64,000 nt of DNA from a virus (IMGVR_UViG_3300030330_001640:3123-67122), one strand, 5' to 3'; numbered from the stretch's first letter, positions 1 through 7,185 are shown. Notes: generated by a model not told the origin, from the sequence alone. Made by a program: numbers and translations.

Positions 1-35
1 GCTTGAAAGTCTTCTTGTGTTATTTCTATTGTCAT
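1..35 (-). CDS. 5' fragment of a small early protein (MTIEITQEDFQA...), runs off the left edge
   Basis: ATG at 35-33 after an A/T-rich spacer; frame open to position 1; same strand as neighbours. Confidence 0.35.
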   Translation of the reverse strand, partial: MTIEITQEDFQ

Positions 36-52
36 ATTATTAATTATTATAG

Positions 53-268
53 TTATTTCAACATAGTACCATAGCCACGTCTACGCGTTTTCTTAAGTAT
101 ATAAGCTGCTTCTTCGCTTGACATGATTTGAATCTCGTTACCGGTCTTGTGATTTGTTATTGGTATACAACCATAACGCATTACTGATGAGCAGTTAACG
201 CAAACCTTGTAGCCAAGATCGAGTCGACCTTGTGGTATGGTACTATTACATTTTAAACATTTTTTCAT
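53..268 (-). CDS. TraR/DksA-like C4 zinc-finger protein
   Basis: CLKC-NSTIPQGRL-x6-CVNC resembles the CxxC..IP..R..CxxC pattern of TraR/DksA zinc fingers. Confidence 0.55.
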   Translation of the reverse strand: MKKCLKCNSTIPQGRLDLGYKVCVNCSSVMRYGCIPITNHKTGNEIQIMSSEEAAYILKKTRRRGYGTMLK

Positions 269-275
269 ACAATAT

Positions 276-306
276 TATTATCTAATAGCTGTCGTATTTA
301 TTTTGT
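276..306 (-). promoter_or_regulatory. class I (early) promoter-like motif, copy 1
   Basis: ACAAAATAAATACGA-N7-TAGATAATA; same spacing in 4 copies, all oriented into the early genes. Confidence 0.7.
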
Positions 307-567
307 GTTTACTAATTCACAAGAATCTAACTTAGCACCTAAATCCATTTGTGTTATTAGCAAAGAATCTATTGTCCCTTTTTGTATTTCAATAGTTCTT
401 TCCCAAGCATGAGTGACCGTATGTCTTGTTATATGGTCTAATTTTTTTTCTATTTTATTAAAATGACTATGATTATGCAAGTCATTTACTACTAAAAAAG
501 CACCAATACCAATTAGTGCTAAAGTTTTCTTATTTTTCATATATTTATTTATTTTAATATTCTTCAT
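298..567 (-). CDS. hypothetical protein with N-terminal hydrophobic anchor
   Basis: ORF track; hydrophobic LALIGIGAFLVV segment; start may be the second Met. Confidence 0.65.
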   Translation of the reverse strand: MKNIKINKYMKNKKTLALIGIGAFLVVNDLHNHSHFNKIEKKLDHITRHTVTHAWERTIEIQKGTIDSLLITQMDLGAKLDSCELVNTK

Positions 568-739
568 CTTCTGTTACATATTGCTCTATTACCATTAAAG
601 CTGACTTGTAACCGTCAATTCTACCAGTTCTATAACACTGTATTTCATCTTCTGTCATAGAAGTATTTTCTCTCCAATGAGTATAATCAAAACATTGTTC
701 CATTTCTGCTTCAATTAAATCTTTTATTGCTTGTTTCAT
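554..739 (-). CDS. hypothetical early protein
   Basis: ORF tightly packed with neighbours. Confidence 0.65.
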   Translation of the reverse strand: MKQAIKDLIEAEMEQCFDYTHWRENTSMTEDEIQCYRTGRIDGYKSALMVIEQYVTEDEEY

Positions 740-740
740 A

Positions 741-1370
741 TTAACTTAATTTATAACGGTGACCGTTGATTATTACTTGAATATCATTTTGTGGTGTAGA
801 ATCTGGGTCAACCATATCACCAAATGGTATATTATTATCTATATTATCTTCTAATATTTTATTCACCGCATTATCTACAAATGGTAATTGTTGGTCGCTT
901 TCTTCATCTTTCCAGTAATTATTACTATATCTTTCCATTAGTTCTACTTGGTAATCATTTATTCTGTAAAAACTAGCACCAGTTTGATTTCTGTAATAGT
1001 TTTTAAGTATATAATTACAAAGATATACTAATCTATCATCTTCGTTATATATCATAGCTCGCTTAATTGTGTTAAAAGTACGATATTCTTTATAGTAACT
1101 ATTGAAATACTTTCTTTTACTTTTGTACTTCTTATTAAGTTGATAACAACACCAACTAGCGCCTTTGCTGTTAACTAGCATTTTACGTACATAGCCACTT
1201 CTGTAAATAGAAAATCTATTTATTTCTTTACAACCATTGGCGTACATAGTCTTAAATGGTAACTCAAAAACTCTAGTTTCTTTCTTCTTTTGCCACTCTT
1301 TTGTGACTTCTTTTATGCCAAGAAGATCGAACACTTTCAAAGCTTCTTCGCCTGTTTTTACTTGTTTCAT
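741..1370 (-). CDS. hypothetical early protein
   Basis: 209-aa ORF with 1-bp spacing to neighbours. Confidence 0.75.
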   Translation of the reverse strand: MKQVKTGEEALKVFDLLGIKEVTKEWQKKKETRVFELPFKTMYANGCKEINRFSIYRSGYVRKMLVNSKGASWCCYQLNKKYKSKRKYFNSYYKEYRTFNTIKRAMIYNEDDRLVYLCNYILKNYYRNQTGASFYRINDYQVELMERYSNNYWKDEESDQQLPFVDNAVNKILEDNIDNNIPFGDMVDPDSTPQNDIQVIINGHRYKLS

Positions 1371-1371
1371 A

Positions 1372-1551
1372 TTATTTTATATATATTGTAGCATCTTCGT
1401 GTACCATCCAGTAGCATTCATTTGTATTATGTTCATTACCTTCAAGAAAAACTTCTATACTTTGCAAGTCGATTTTCCATCTGTCGACATTATATTGAGT
1501 GACTTTGCCACTTTCATAGTCTAATACTGTTATTACTTTAAATTTATCCAT
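1372..1551 (-). CDS. hypothetical early protein (start more likely 1551, MDKFKV, than 1653)
   Basis: ORF track 1372..1653; the ATG at 1551 follows an A-rich tract typical of starts here. Confidence 0.55.
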   Translation of the reverse strand: MDKFKVITVLDYESGKVTQYNVDRWKIDLQSIEVFLEGNEHNTNECYWMVHEDATIYIK

Positions 1552-1683
1552 TATTTTTATGTTTTTTCTTACGTGAATAAGTCTTTTTACTTTTATGGAC
1601 GCGCTTAAAACGTGAAAACTGCCAAAAAGGATTACCTTTTGACACATCTTCACGCTTTATTTTTATTATTTCTCGTCTCATAT

Positions 1684-1890
1684 TTAAAATTTTAGTGGTT
1701 CTGGCAAGTATTTATCATACAAAGCATCAGCTTCTTTACCAAAACCCGCGTCTTTTAGCGCATTTATTACTTCATTTATAGTATTCCAAGCGTTTTGACC
1801 ACGCTCATATACACTATAATCATCACTATATTGGTAAAACCAGTCGTGATTTTGTAGTAATTTCTCTAATGTTTTTAATTTTGTATTCAT
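1684..1890 (-). CDS. hypothetical phage protein (HDWFYQYSDD motif)
   Basis: ORF track 1684..1911; start re-assigned to 1890 because 1911 lies inside the promoter motif. Confidence 0.65.
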   Translation of the reverse strand: MNTKLKTLEKLLQNHDWFYQYSDDYSVYERGQNAWNTINEVINALKDAGFGKEADALYDKYLPEPLKF

Positions 1891-1895
1891 ATTAT

Positions 1896-1926
1896 TATTA
1901 TCCTTACTCATTCGTATTATATTTGT
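1896..1926 (-). promoter_or_regulatory. class I promoter-like motif, copy 2
   Basis: ACAAATATAATACGA-N7-AGGATAATA. Confidence 0.65.
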
Positions 1927-1999
1927 GACTGAGGTAGGATTCGAACCTACACTCCATACCTTAGAAGGGTATTGCTTTATCCAGTTAAGCTACTCAGCC
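1926..1999 (-). tRNA. tRNA-Arg(UCU), CCA not encoded
   Basis: Cloverleaf read by hand: acceptor GGCTGAG/CTCAGTC, D arm GCTT/AAGC, anticodon stem ATACC/GGTAT with loop CTTCTAA, T arm GTAGG-TTCGAAT-CCTAC. Confidence 0.93.
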
Positions 2000-2000
2000 A

Positions 2001-2135
2001 TTAGTCCACTTCATCACAGTTTTCACACTCAGATGATACTAAAATACCATCAACATAGTGCATTACTTGCGGTTCTTGTGTTATAGTAGCACAAGAAGTA
2101 GTTAAAATTATTAAAAGTATTAATATTTTCTTCAT
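2001..2135 (-). CDS. small lipoprotein (44 aa), not in ORF track
   Basis: MKKILILLIILTTSC-ATITQEPQ...: basic N-terminus, hydrophobic core, lipobox Cys. Confidence 0.7.
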   Translation of the reverse strand: MKKILILLIILTTSCATITQEPQVMHYVDGILVSSECENCDEVD

Positions 2136-2137
2136 AA

Positions 2138-2248
2138 TTAATATTTTTTATAGTTTTTTATATAGTATGGAATCCAAGCTAGCGCTAATAAAGATATTAT
2201 TTTTGTAAAAGTACTAGTTTGATGCCATTGATTTATAAATTCTTCCAT
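2138..2248 (-). CDS. small membrane peptide (36 aa), not in ORF track
   Basis: MEEFINQWHQTSTFTKIISLLALAWIPYYIKNYKKY; fills the gap with 2-bp spacing on both sides. Confidence 0.55.
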   Translation of the reverse strand: MEEFINQWHQTSTFTKIISLLALAWIPYYIKNYKKY

Positions 2249-2250
2249 AG

Positions 2251-2514
2251 TTAATATTCGGTTAATTTATGTATAAAAATATCATAGTCAGCATGCTCTT
2301 TAGCATATTTTTCTTCTAATAGTTCACCACATTTTTCATATTCTTCAGTATTTTCAAAGTATTCTATTACTTCATCAATATCTTCAGTAGTGTAATCAAG
2401 TGGATTACCATAAAACATTGCTTTGTTATCTTTTTCTAAGATATCTTCAACAGTTTTTTCTTTTAATAAACTCGTCATTACTTTATACGAGTTGTTCATA
2501 CATTTATCTATCAT
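2251..2514 (-). CDS. hypothetical protein with UVR-like helix (YFENTEEYEKCGEL)
   Basis: ORF track; motif by eye. Confidence 0.65.
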   Translation of the reverse strand: MIDKCMNNSYKVMTSLLKEKTVEDILEKDNKAMFYGNPLDYTTEDIDEVIEYFENTEEYEKCGELLEEKYAKEHADYDIFIHKLTEY

Positions 2515-2517
2515 AGT

Positions 2518-2649
2518 TTAACTTGTTTTTTCTAGTAACCTATCTTTTATATAAACTAATTCTAGTGTAGATTTAGTATATAATTCTAGTTTACTATGAT
2601 TCTCACTCATTCTGAGTATCATATTTATTACATATTGTTTATAATTCAT
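2518..2649 (-). CDS. small hypothetical protein (43 aa)
   Basis: MNYKQYVINMILRMSENH...; ATGA overlap with the upstream ORF. Confidence 0.5.
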   Translation of the reverse strand: MNYKQYVINMILRMSENHSKLELYTKSTLELVYIKDRLLEKTS

Positions 2650-2786
2650 TTACTTATTTTTTTAGTGGTGGATTCACTACAACATTTCAAGTCATGCGTC
2701 CACTTCCTGTTACCATTAAGGTCTTCAAGTAGTATCAACGCTTTACTTGTCAAGTCTTTTCCACATAGTTTACATATTATTATCAT
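2646..2786 (-). CDS. small Cys-containing protein (46 aa)
   Basis: MIIICKLCGKDL...WTHDLKCC; CxxC plus CC. Confidence 0.55.
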   Translation of the reverse strand: MIIICKLCGKDLTSKALILLEDLNGNRKWTHDLKCCSESTTKKISK

Positions 2787-2788
2787 AG

Positions 2789-2829
2789 TGGTAATGGTGA
2801 GAATCGAACTCACATGAACCATTATTACC
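2789..2829 (-). ncRNA. tRNA minihelix-like element (acceptor stem plus T arm only)
   Basis: GGTAATA-ATGGTTCAT-GTGAG-TTCGATT-CTCAC-CATTACC-A; canonical T loop, 6/7 acceptor pairs, no D or anticodon arm. Confidence 0.45.
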
Positions 2830-2869
2830 TTGTCATTCGTGTTATTTTTAGTCGCTAAATGTTACTCAA

Positions 2870-2986
2870 CTACGACTGAATTATAGTACTGTACACTAAC
2901 ATGCCAAATCCGTAGGCAATTAGTGAGAAGTAACCTGCCAACAATACATTGATGACTACTTCTTTGTGATAAAACTTACGCTTCAT
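2870..2986 (-). CDS. small single-TM membrane protein (38 aa), not in ORF track
   Basis: MKRKFYHKEVVINVLLAGYFSLIAYGFGMLVYSTIIQS; TAATG overlap with the upstream gene. Confidence 0.65.
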   Translation of the reverse strand: MKRKFYHKEVVINVLLAGYFSLIAYGFGMLVYSTIIQS

Positions 2987-3219
2987 TAGGCAATATCTTC
3001 ATTTCTCACTGCTAATGGTAAGTTATTAGTTGCAGTGTAAGATTTATACTTTGCCCAACACGCCATATTTTCTAATTTATCTTTCATTAGTGAAAATACT
3101 TTGTCATGATTATAAGTGGCAGTTTTACCATTTTTGAATTCAACATTGATAGTTGCATTTTTACCAACAAGTGATTGTCTCACTACAAATCTCTTGCTAT
3201 TTATTATATTATTTGTCAT
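2986..3219 (-). CDS. hypothetical early protein, first gene of the leftward arm
   Basis: ORF track; directly downstream of a class I promoter. Confidence 0.75.
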   Translation of the reverse strand: MTNNIINSKRFVVRQSLVGKNATINVEFKNGKTATYNHDKVFSLMKDKLENMACWAKYKSYTATNNLPLAVRNEDIA

Positions 3220-3260
3220 AATTATTTATATTTAAGTTATTATTATTATTTAGTTATTAT

Positions 3261-3291
3261 TATTATCTAAACTGTTTCGTATTTAGTTTGT
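3261..3291 (-). promoter_or_regulatory. class I promoter-like motif, copy 3
   Basis: ACAAACTAAATACGA-N7-TAGATAATA. Confidence 0.7.
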
Positions 3292-3380
3292 AAAAGTATA
3301 TAATTTGTTTATGTATTTAAAATTAGTTACTGTTACTCCGCCGCTTCTCTTTACTCATAATGAAATATCATAATTAATAC

Positions 3381-3427
3381 TATGACATTTAGCTATTAAG
3401 TTATAAGAATAACAGGCAATTGTCACA
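3381..3427. repeat. conserved inverted-repeat element, copy 1
   Basis: TATGACA-N25-CAGGC-N3-TGTCACA; second copy at 63224-63271. Confidence 0.6.
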
Positions 3428-3470
3428 CTACATTTGTTAGTTAATTACTAATTAGTAGTTGTTACATATA

Positions 3471-3501
3471 TATTATCTACATACACTCGTATTTATTTTG
3501 T
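3471..3501 (-). promoter_or_regulatory. class I promoter-like motif, copy 4
   Basis: ACAAAATAAATACGA-N7-TAGATAATA. Confidence 0.7.
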
Positions 3502-3696
3502 GTAAAGAAAGTATAATATAAAATAAAATAGTAATATGAAATACAAAATAGAAAAGAAGTTTAGTCAATACATAACACAAAGATAATACTTAATAGCATA
3601 GATAATTATTATATAATAAATAGAGTAGAAAATATAGTAGATAGATGAAGTAGTATAGAAAATTGAAATGAAGTAGATAGAATAGATAGAAAAGAA

Positions 3697-3755
3697 GGGG
3701 GCTGGGTAAAATAAGTAGGCTTTGGGGGGAGGGGTGGGGCTAGGGGGGAGGGGGG
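3697..3755 (+). other. G-tract cluster, potential G-quadruplex
   Basis: G6-A-G4-T-G4-CTA-G6-A-G6 at 3724-3755, plus G5 and G3 at 3697-3706, in AT-rich intergenic DNA. Confidence 0.75.
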
Positions 3756-3786
3756 TAGCACTTTACTTCTATATTTACAATACGGG

Positions 3787-3815
3787 TAGTAAATATATAA
3801 AGTACCATGTGATTA
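3787..3815 (+). promoter_or_regulatory. class II promoter-like motif at the head of the structural arm
   Basis: TAGTAAA-N14-TGTGATTA; recurs before other operon starts. Confidence 0.6.
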
Positions 3816-3874
3816 TCTTATTTGAAGAATAACGACAAGTAGTCGTATAACATTAAGCTTAAAAACAAAACACA

Positions 3875-4345
3875 ATGGGAATAATAAAACCAACATTAAC
3901 ATTAACAGCAAACGCTAGTTCAGCTACTACAGACGCAGGGCCATTAAGTATAGCCTTATCATTGTCTACTACAGATTCTTTAACAGTAGATACAGTTGAA
4001 GCTGAAATATTTACAATAGGAACAGGAGCAAACACAGAGATTGTAGATGGGAGCGCATTAGACTCAGCTTTTGTGCCTGGTACAAATGGGTGCTATATAT
4101 ACATGAAAAACACAATGACATCGGGTACTGAAAAAATATGCATCGGTATTGGAGCAGATGGTTTATCGCCAGCTGTAGATGATGGTACAGATGATTTAAC
4201 AAGATCAGATACGGCGTCGGCTAGAACTTTTACGCTAATGCCTGGAGAATTTGCTTTCTTCCCTTTTGATTACTGCGGAGATATAGTAGCTCAAGCTACA
4301 GCAGCTAGTCAAACTTTAGAAGTATTTAGATTTGATAGAGGATAA
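3875..4345 (+). CDS. probable virion structural protein, paralog of the next gene
   Basis: beta-rich; shares KPTLxL start and (P/A)(G/D)EF(A/C)F(F/L)P motif with 4359..4781. Confidence 0.6.
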   Translation: MGIIKPTLTLTANASSATTDAGPLSIALSLSTTDSLTVDTVEAEIFTIGTGANTEIVDGSALDSAFVPGTNGCYIYMKNTMTSGTEKICIGIGADGLSPAVDDGTDDLTRSDTASARTFTLMPGEFAFFPFDYCGDIVAQATAASQTLEVFRFDRG

Positions 4346-4358
4346 TAAATAAAACAAT

Positions 4359-4781
4359 ATGGCATCATTAAAACCTACATTATTACTACAAAGTACAGCA
4401 GGTACTACAGGGATTAGCGAAGACTCTTCATTAATATTATCAGTAACTGATGATTTAAATGTAACAGATCCATCTATTGGTATATCGCGTGTGCAATGTA
4501 CTGATACTGGCGCTAGTACTGAAATATTACCAAGTGTTGATGCAACTAGATACGTATATATTAAAAATACAGGCTTAACTGGAGCTGATGCAGCTGATAC
4601 TGAAGCCATAGCAGACGGTGTTACTGTAAAAGTAGAGACTGGTGATGGCGCTAGAATTATAAATTTAGGAGCAGATGAGTTCTGTTTTCTACCATATCAC
4701 AATGAAGGAGCCGGTATACTGCAACTAGAAGCATCGTCAGGCACGGTAGTTGTTGAATACGGCTACTGGACTAAAGTATAA
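4359..4781 (+). CDS. probable virion structural protein
   Basis: tandem paralog of 3875..4345. Confidence 0.6.
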   Translation: MASLKPTLLLQSTAGTTGISEDSSLILSVTDDLNVTDPSIGISRVQCTDTGASTEILPSVDATRYVYIKNTGLTGADAADTEAIADGVTVKVETGDGARIINLGADEFCFLPYHNEGAGILQLEASSGTVVVEYGYWTKV

Positions 4782-4822
4782 TAAGGAAAATCCTTATACC
4801 TAATTAATTAAAACCAAATAAC

Positions 4823-5116
4823 ATGACATACATATACTATAAAAGTAGTGCATACACTACAGAACCTAAAATTTCAGAGAAACAAATAGACGAATGGAAG
4901 CATTTAGCCACTAAAAAGAACTGGAGAATAACTCAATTACCTAATGGTTATTATCAAACAGAGGTTAATAAACCTGATAATAAAGATTCTTGGGTAGATA
5001 TAACAAGAAGAGAAACAATGGAGGGAGCAGAAGCTGCTATTGAAGGAAGCGTAGAGCACTTCAGTAAAAAATTAGAATTTATAAAAGGACCTAAAGTGGT
5101 CAAAACCTTTAAATAA
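4823..5116 (+). CDS. hypothetical phage protein (WRITQLPNGYYQTE)
   Basis: ORF track. Confidence 0.75.
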   Translation: MTYIYYKSSAYTTEPKISEKQIDEWKHLATKKNWRITQLPNGYYQTEVNKPDNKDSWVDITRRETMEGAEAAIEGSVEHFSKKLEFIKGPKVVKTFK

Positions 5117-5123
5117 AAACAAT

Positions 5124-5756
5124 ATGGCATTTAAAATGAAGTTTAGTGGATTTGGCGCTGGCACTGGATCTAATAAAACTAAAACTATATCGGACATAGA
5201 TCGTGACGCTTCGTCAGAAGTAGCAATGGATAGCGCTATGGGTAAAAAAATGCAAGCTCCATTGAAAGCTGTAAACATGACGAAGGAAGAAATGGAAAAA
5301 ACTATAGCCGATCTTAGAGCTGACGCGGCGCAAAAGGAAACTGATAAGGGAAGTTTTGGTGACGCTTTTAATGCCGCGAGATCTGCTGGTAAAAAAGAAT
5401 TTACTTATAAAGGTAAAAAATACCATACTAGAACTAAAGAAGAAGATGATGCCACTGAAAAAACATCTGGAGGCGTTGGTGAAAAAATTGGTGGAGCTGC
5501 GGCTGAAGCAGCTAATGAGCAAACAGCTGCGGCTGAAGCAGATAATGAGCAAACAGCTTCTCCAGAAATAGATAGACCTGATTATCAAAAAAGAAGACAG
5601 CAAAGAAGAATAGATAAAAGAAAAGGTAAGGCTGGTAAAGATCCAGTATATGATGCTAGAACTGCTAAAAAGGAAGCTAGAATGAAATACGGTAGAGATT
5701 CTAAAGAATTTAAAGAAGCAAATAAAGCATTACAAGATGCTAAAGCCAATAGATAA
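5124..5756 (+). CDS. MAFKMK-leader protein with FxxAFxxAR..GKKY module; candidate internal virion protein
   Basis: leader MAFKMKFSGFG; linkers SAMG and APLK; 30-nt direct repeat at 5496-5555. Confidence 0.7.
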   Translation: MAFKMKFSGFGAGTGSNKTKTISDIDRDASSEVAMDSAMGKKMQAPLKAVNMTKEEMEKTIADLRADAAQKETDKGSFGDAFNAARSAGKKEFTYKGKKYHTRTKEEDDATEKTSGGVGEKIGGAAAEAANEQTAAAEADNEQTASPEIDRPDYQKRRQQRRIDKRKGKAGKDPVYDARTAKKEARMKYGRDSKEFKEANKALQDAKANR

Positions 5757-6163
5757 TGGGATTTAAATTAGGCTCAGAGAGAAGAGATTTTAAAAGCTCT
5801 GATAATGTAAAGTTATCTAAAGGTTCTAATTTAAAAGTAGAAAACGTTGATGTTTTCAAAACACCTTTAGACAAAGGTACTATAGCGGAAGCTAGAAATG
5901 ATGGTACCATAGCTATTAACTCAGAAGCTAAACTAAGTGCTGCTATGCTAAAAAGAACTATTAAGCACGAGATGCAGCATTTAAAAGATATGGCAGATGG
6001 TAGAGCTAATTATGGAGATAACTGGGTTATGTGGGAAGGTAAAATATACTTCCGAAAAAACGGTATGATAGATGGGCCAGCAGGTAGATTACCTGAGGGA
6101 CATAAAGATCATCCGTGGGAGAAAGTGGCTATAGAAGCCGAAACAAAAAATGATAACAATTAA
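5756..6163 (+). CDS. small zincin-type metallopeptidase-like protein
   Basis: HEMQH (HExxH) helix preceded by a G-T-I-A-I-N strand, downstream PWE motif; leader variant MGFKLG. Confidence 0.6.
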   Translation: MGFKLGSERRDFKSSDNVKLSKGSNLKVENVDVFKTPLDKGTIAEARNDGTIAINSEAKLSAAMLKRTIKHEMQHLKDMADGRANYGDNWVMWEGKIYFRKNGMIDGPAGRLPEGHKDHPWEKVAIEAETKNDNN

Positions 6164-6181
6164 TTGATTAAATATATATAA

Positions 6182-7135
6182 ATGGCATTTAAAATGAAAG
6201 GTTGGAGTGCAGGGCAAGGTACAGGCTCGCATTCAGCACTATTAAAAAAACAAGAAGCTGCTATGAAATTACAAAAACAAGCAGCAATGAAAAGAATGGA
6301 TTCAGCAATGGACAAACCATTAGTTGGTAACCAAAAGAATTTACCTAAGCATCTTCAAGAAAAAATTGAAGCGGCACCTATGAAAAGAATGGCTCCAGGT
6401 GACGGCTCAACAAAAACAAAAGATAAAAGTACTATGAAAAGAATGTCACCAGGTGACGGTTCGGCAAGAACAAAAGATAAAAGTACTATGAAGCGTATGA
6501 AAGATAGTTCTATGAAGCGCATGAAAGACAGTTCTATGAAACGTATGAAAGATAGTTCTATGAAACGTATGAAAGATAGCGCTATGAAAAAAGATCCTGA
6601 TCCGTTTTTTGAAGCAATGAAGAAAGATCCTAATTTACGTAAACTCGTAGAAGAAAGAAATAAACATAAAAAAGGAACTGATGAGTATGCTGCAGCACAA
6701 AATAGAATTAACAAAGCATACGAAAACGCTAAAAGACACAATGTTAAAACTGAGACAACGTCTAAAACAAATCCAGTAACTGGTAGAAAAAAAGAAACAA
6801 CTGTTGAGACTACACCAGGTATAGGTACAAAAACAACAATTACTAAAAGTAAACAAGATGGTACAGTAACAAAACAAAAAGTTGATGATGTTCCTGATAG
6901 CTACTACAAAGATGAAGAGGCTACTAGAGAAAAGCAGAAAAGAGGAAAAGACAAAGAGTTTGGTACTGAAGACGATAAGAAAAAGAAAAAGAAAAAATTC
7001 AAAGATACTAAAGTCGGTAAGTTTTTAGGTGTAGGTAGAGGAGACGAAAGAAAGAAAAAAAGAGAAGAAGACAAAAAGAAAAAAGATGATAAAGGCAAAG
7101 GTGGACCTTTTGCTAGAATGAAAAACAATAGATAA
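6182..7135 (+). CDS. highly basic MAFKMKG-leader repeat protein
   Basis: leader MAFKMKGWS; 18-aa repeat x2 and 8-aa MKRMKDSS repeat x4; Lys-rich C-terminus. Confidence 0.75.
   Translation: MAFKMKGWSAGQGTGSHSALLKKQEAAMKLQKQAAMKRMDSAMDKPLVGNQKNLPKHLQEKIEAAPMKRMAPGDGSTKTKDKSTMKRMSPGDGSARTKDKSTMKRMKDSSMKRMKDSSMKRMKDSSMKRMKDSAMKKDPDPFFEAMKKDPNLRKLVEERNKHKKGTDEYAAAQNRINKAYENAKRHNVKTETTSKTNPVTGRKKETTVETTPGIGTKTTITKSKQDGTVTKQKVDDVPDSYYKDEEATREKQKRGKDKEFGTEDDKKKKKKKFKDTKVGKFLGVGRGDERKKKREEDKKKKDDKGKGGPFARMKNNR
6380..6583 (+). repeat. coding tandem repeats: 54 nt x2 (6380-6487) then 24 nt x4 (6488-6583)
   Basis: read directly from the sequence. Confidence 0.9.
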
Positions 7136-7185
7136 GAAGTAGAACTTTAAATCTACATAAGTTAAATTAAATTAAATCAAATATT

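Noticed and set aside
2666-2703. second tRNA-like element (GTGGA...TCCACCA on the minus strand)
   Set aside because: No T loop or arms, and it lies inside the 2646-2786 ORF
2789-2829. attP site (3' tRNA half) for integration
   Set aside because: No integrase or repressor in the window, and the element has its own 5' acceptor strand; cannot be excluded without the host genome
4781-4797. short hairpin ATAAGGA-AAA-TCCTTAT
   Set aside because: No U tract and weak stem; at most an mRNA stability or processing element
6380-6583. CRISPR-like array
   Set aside because: Repeats are contiguous, in-frame coding units with no unique spacers
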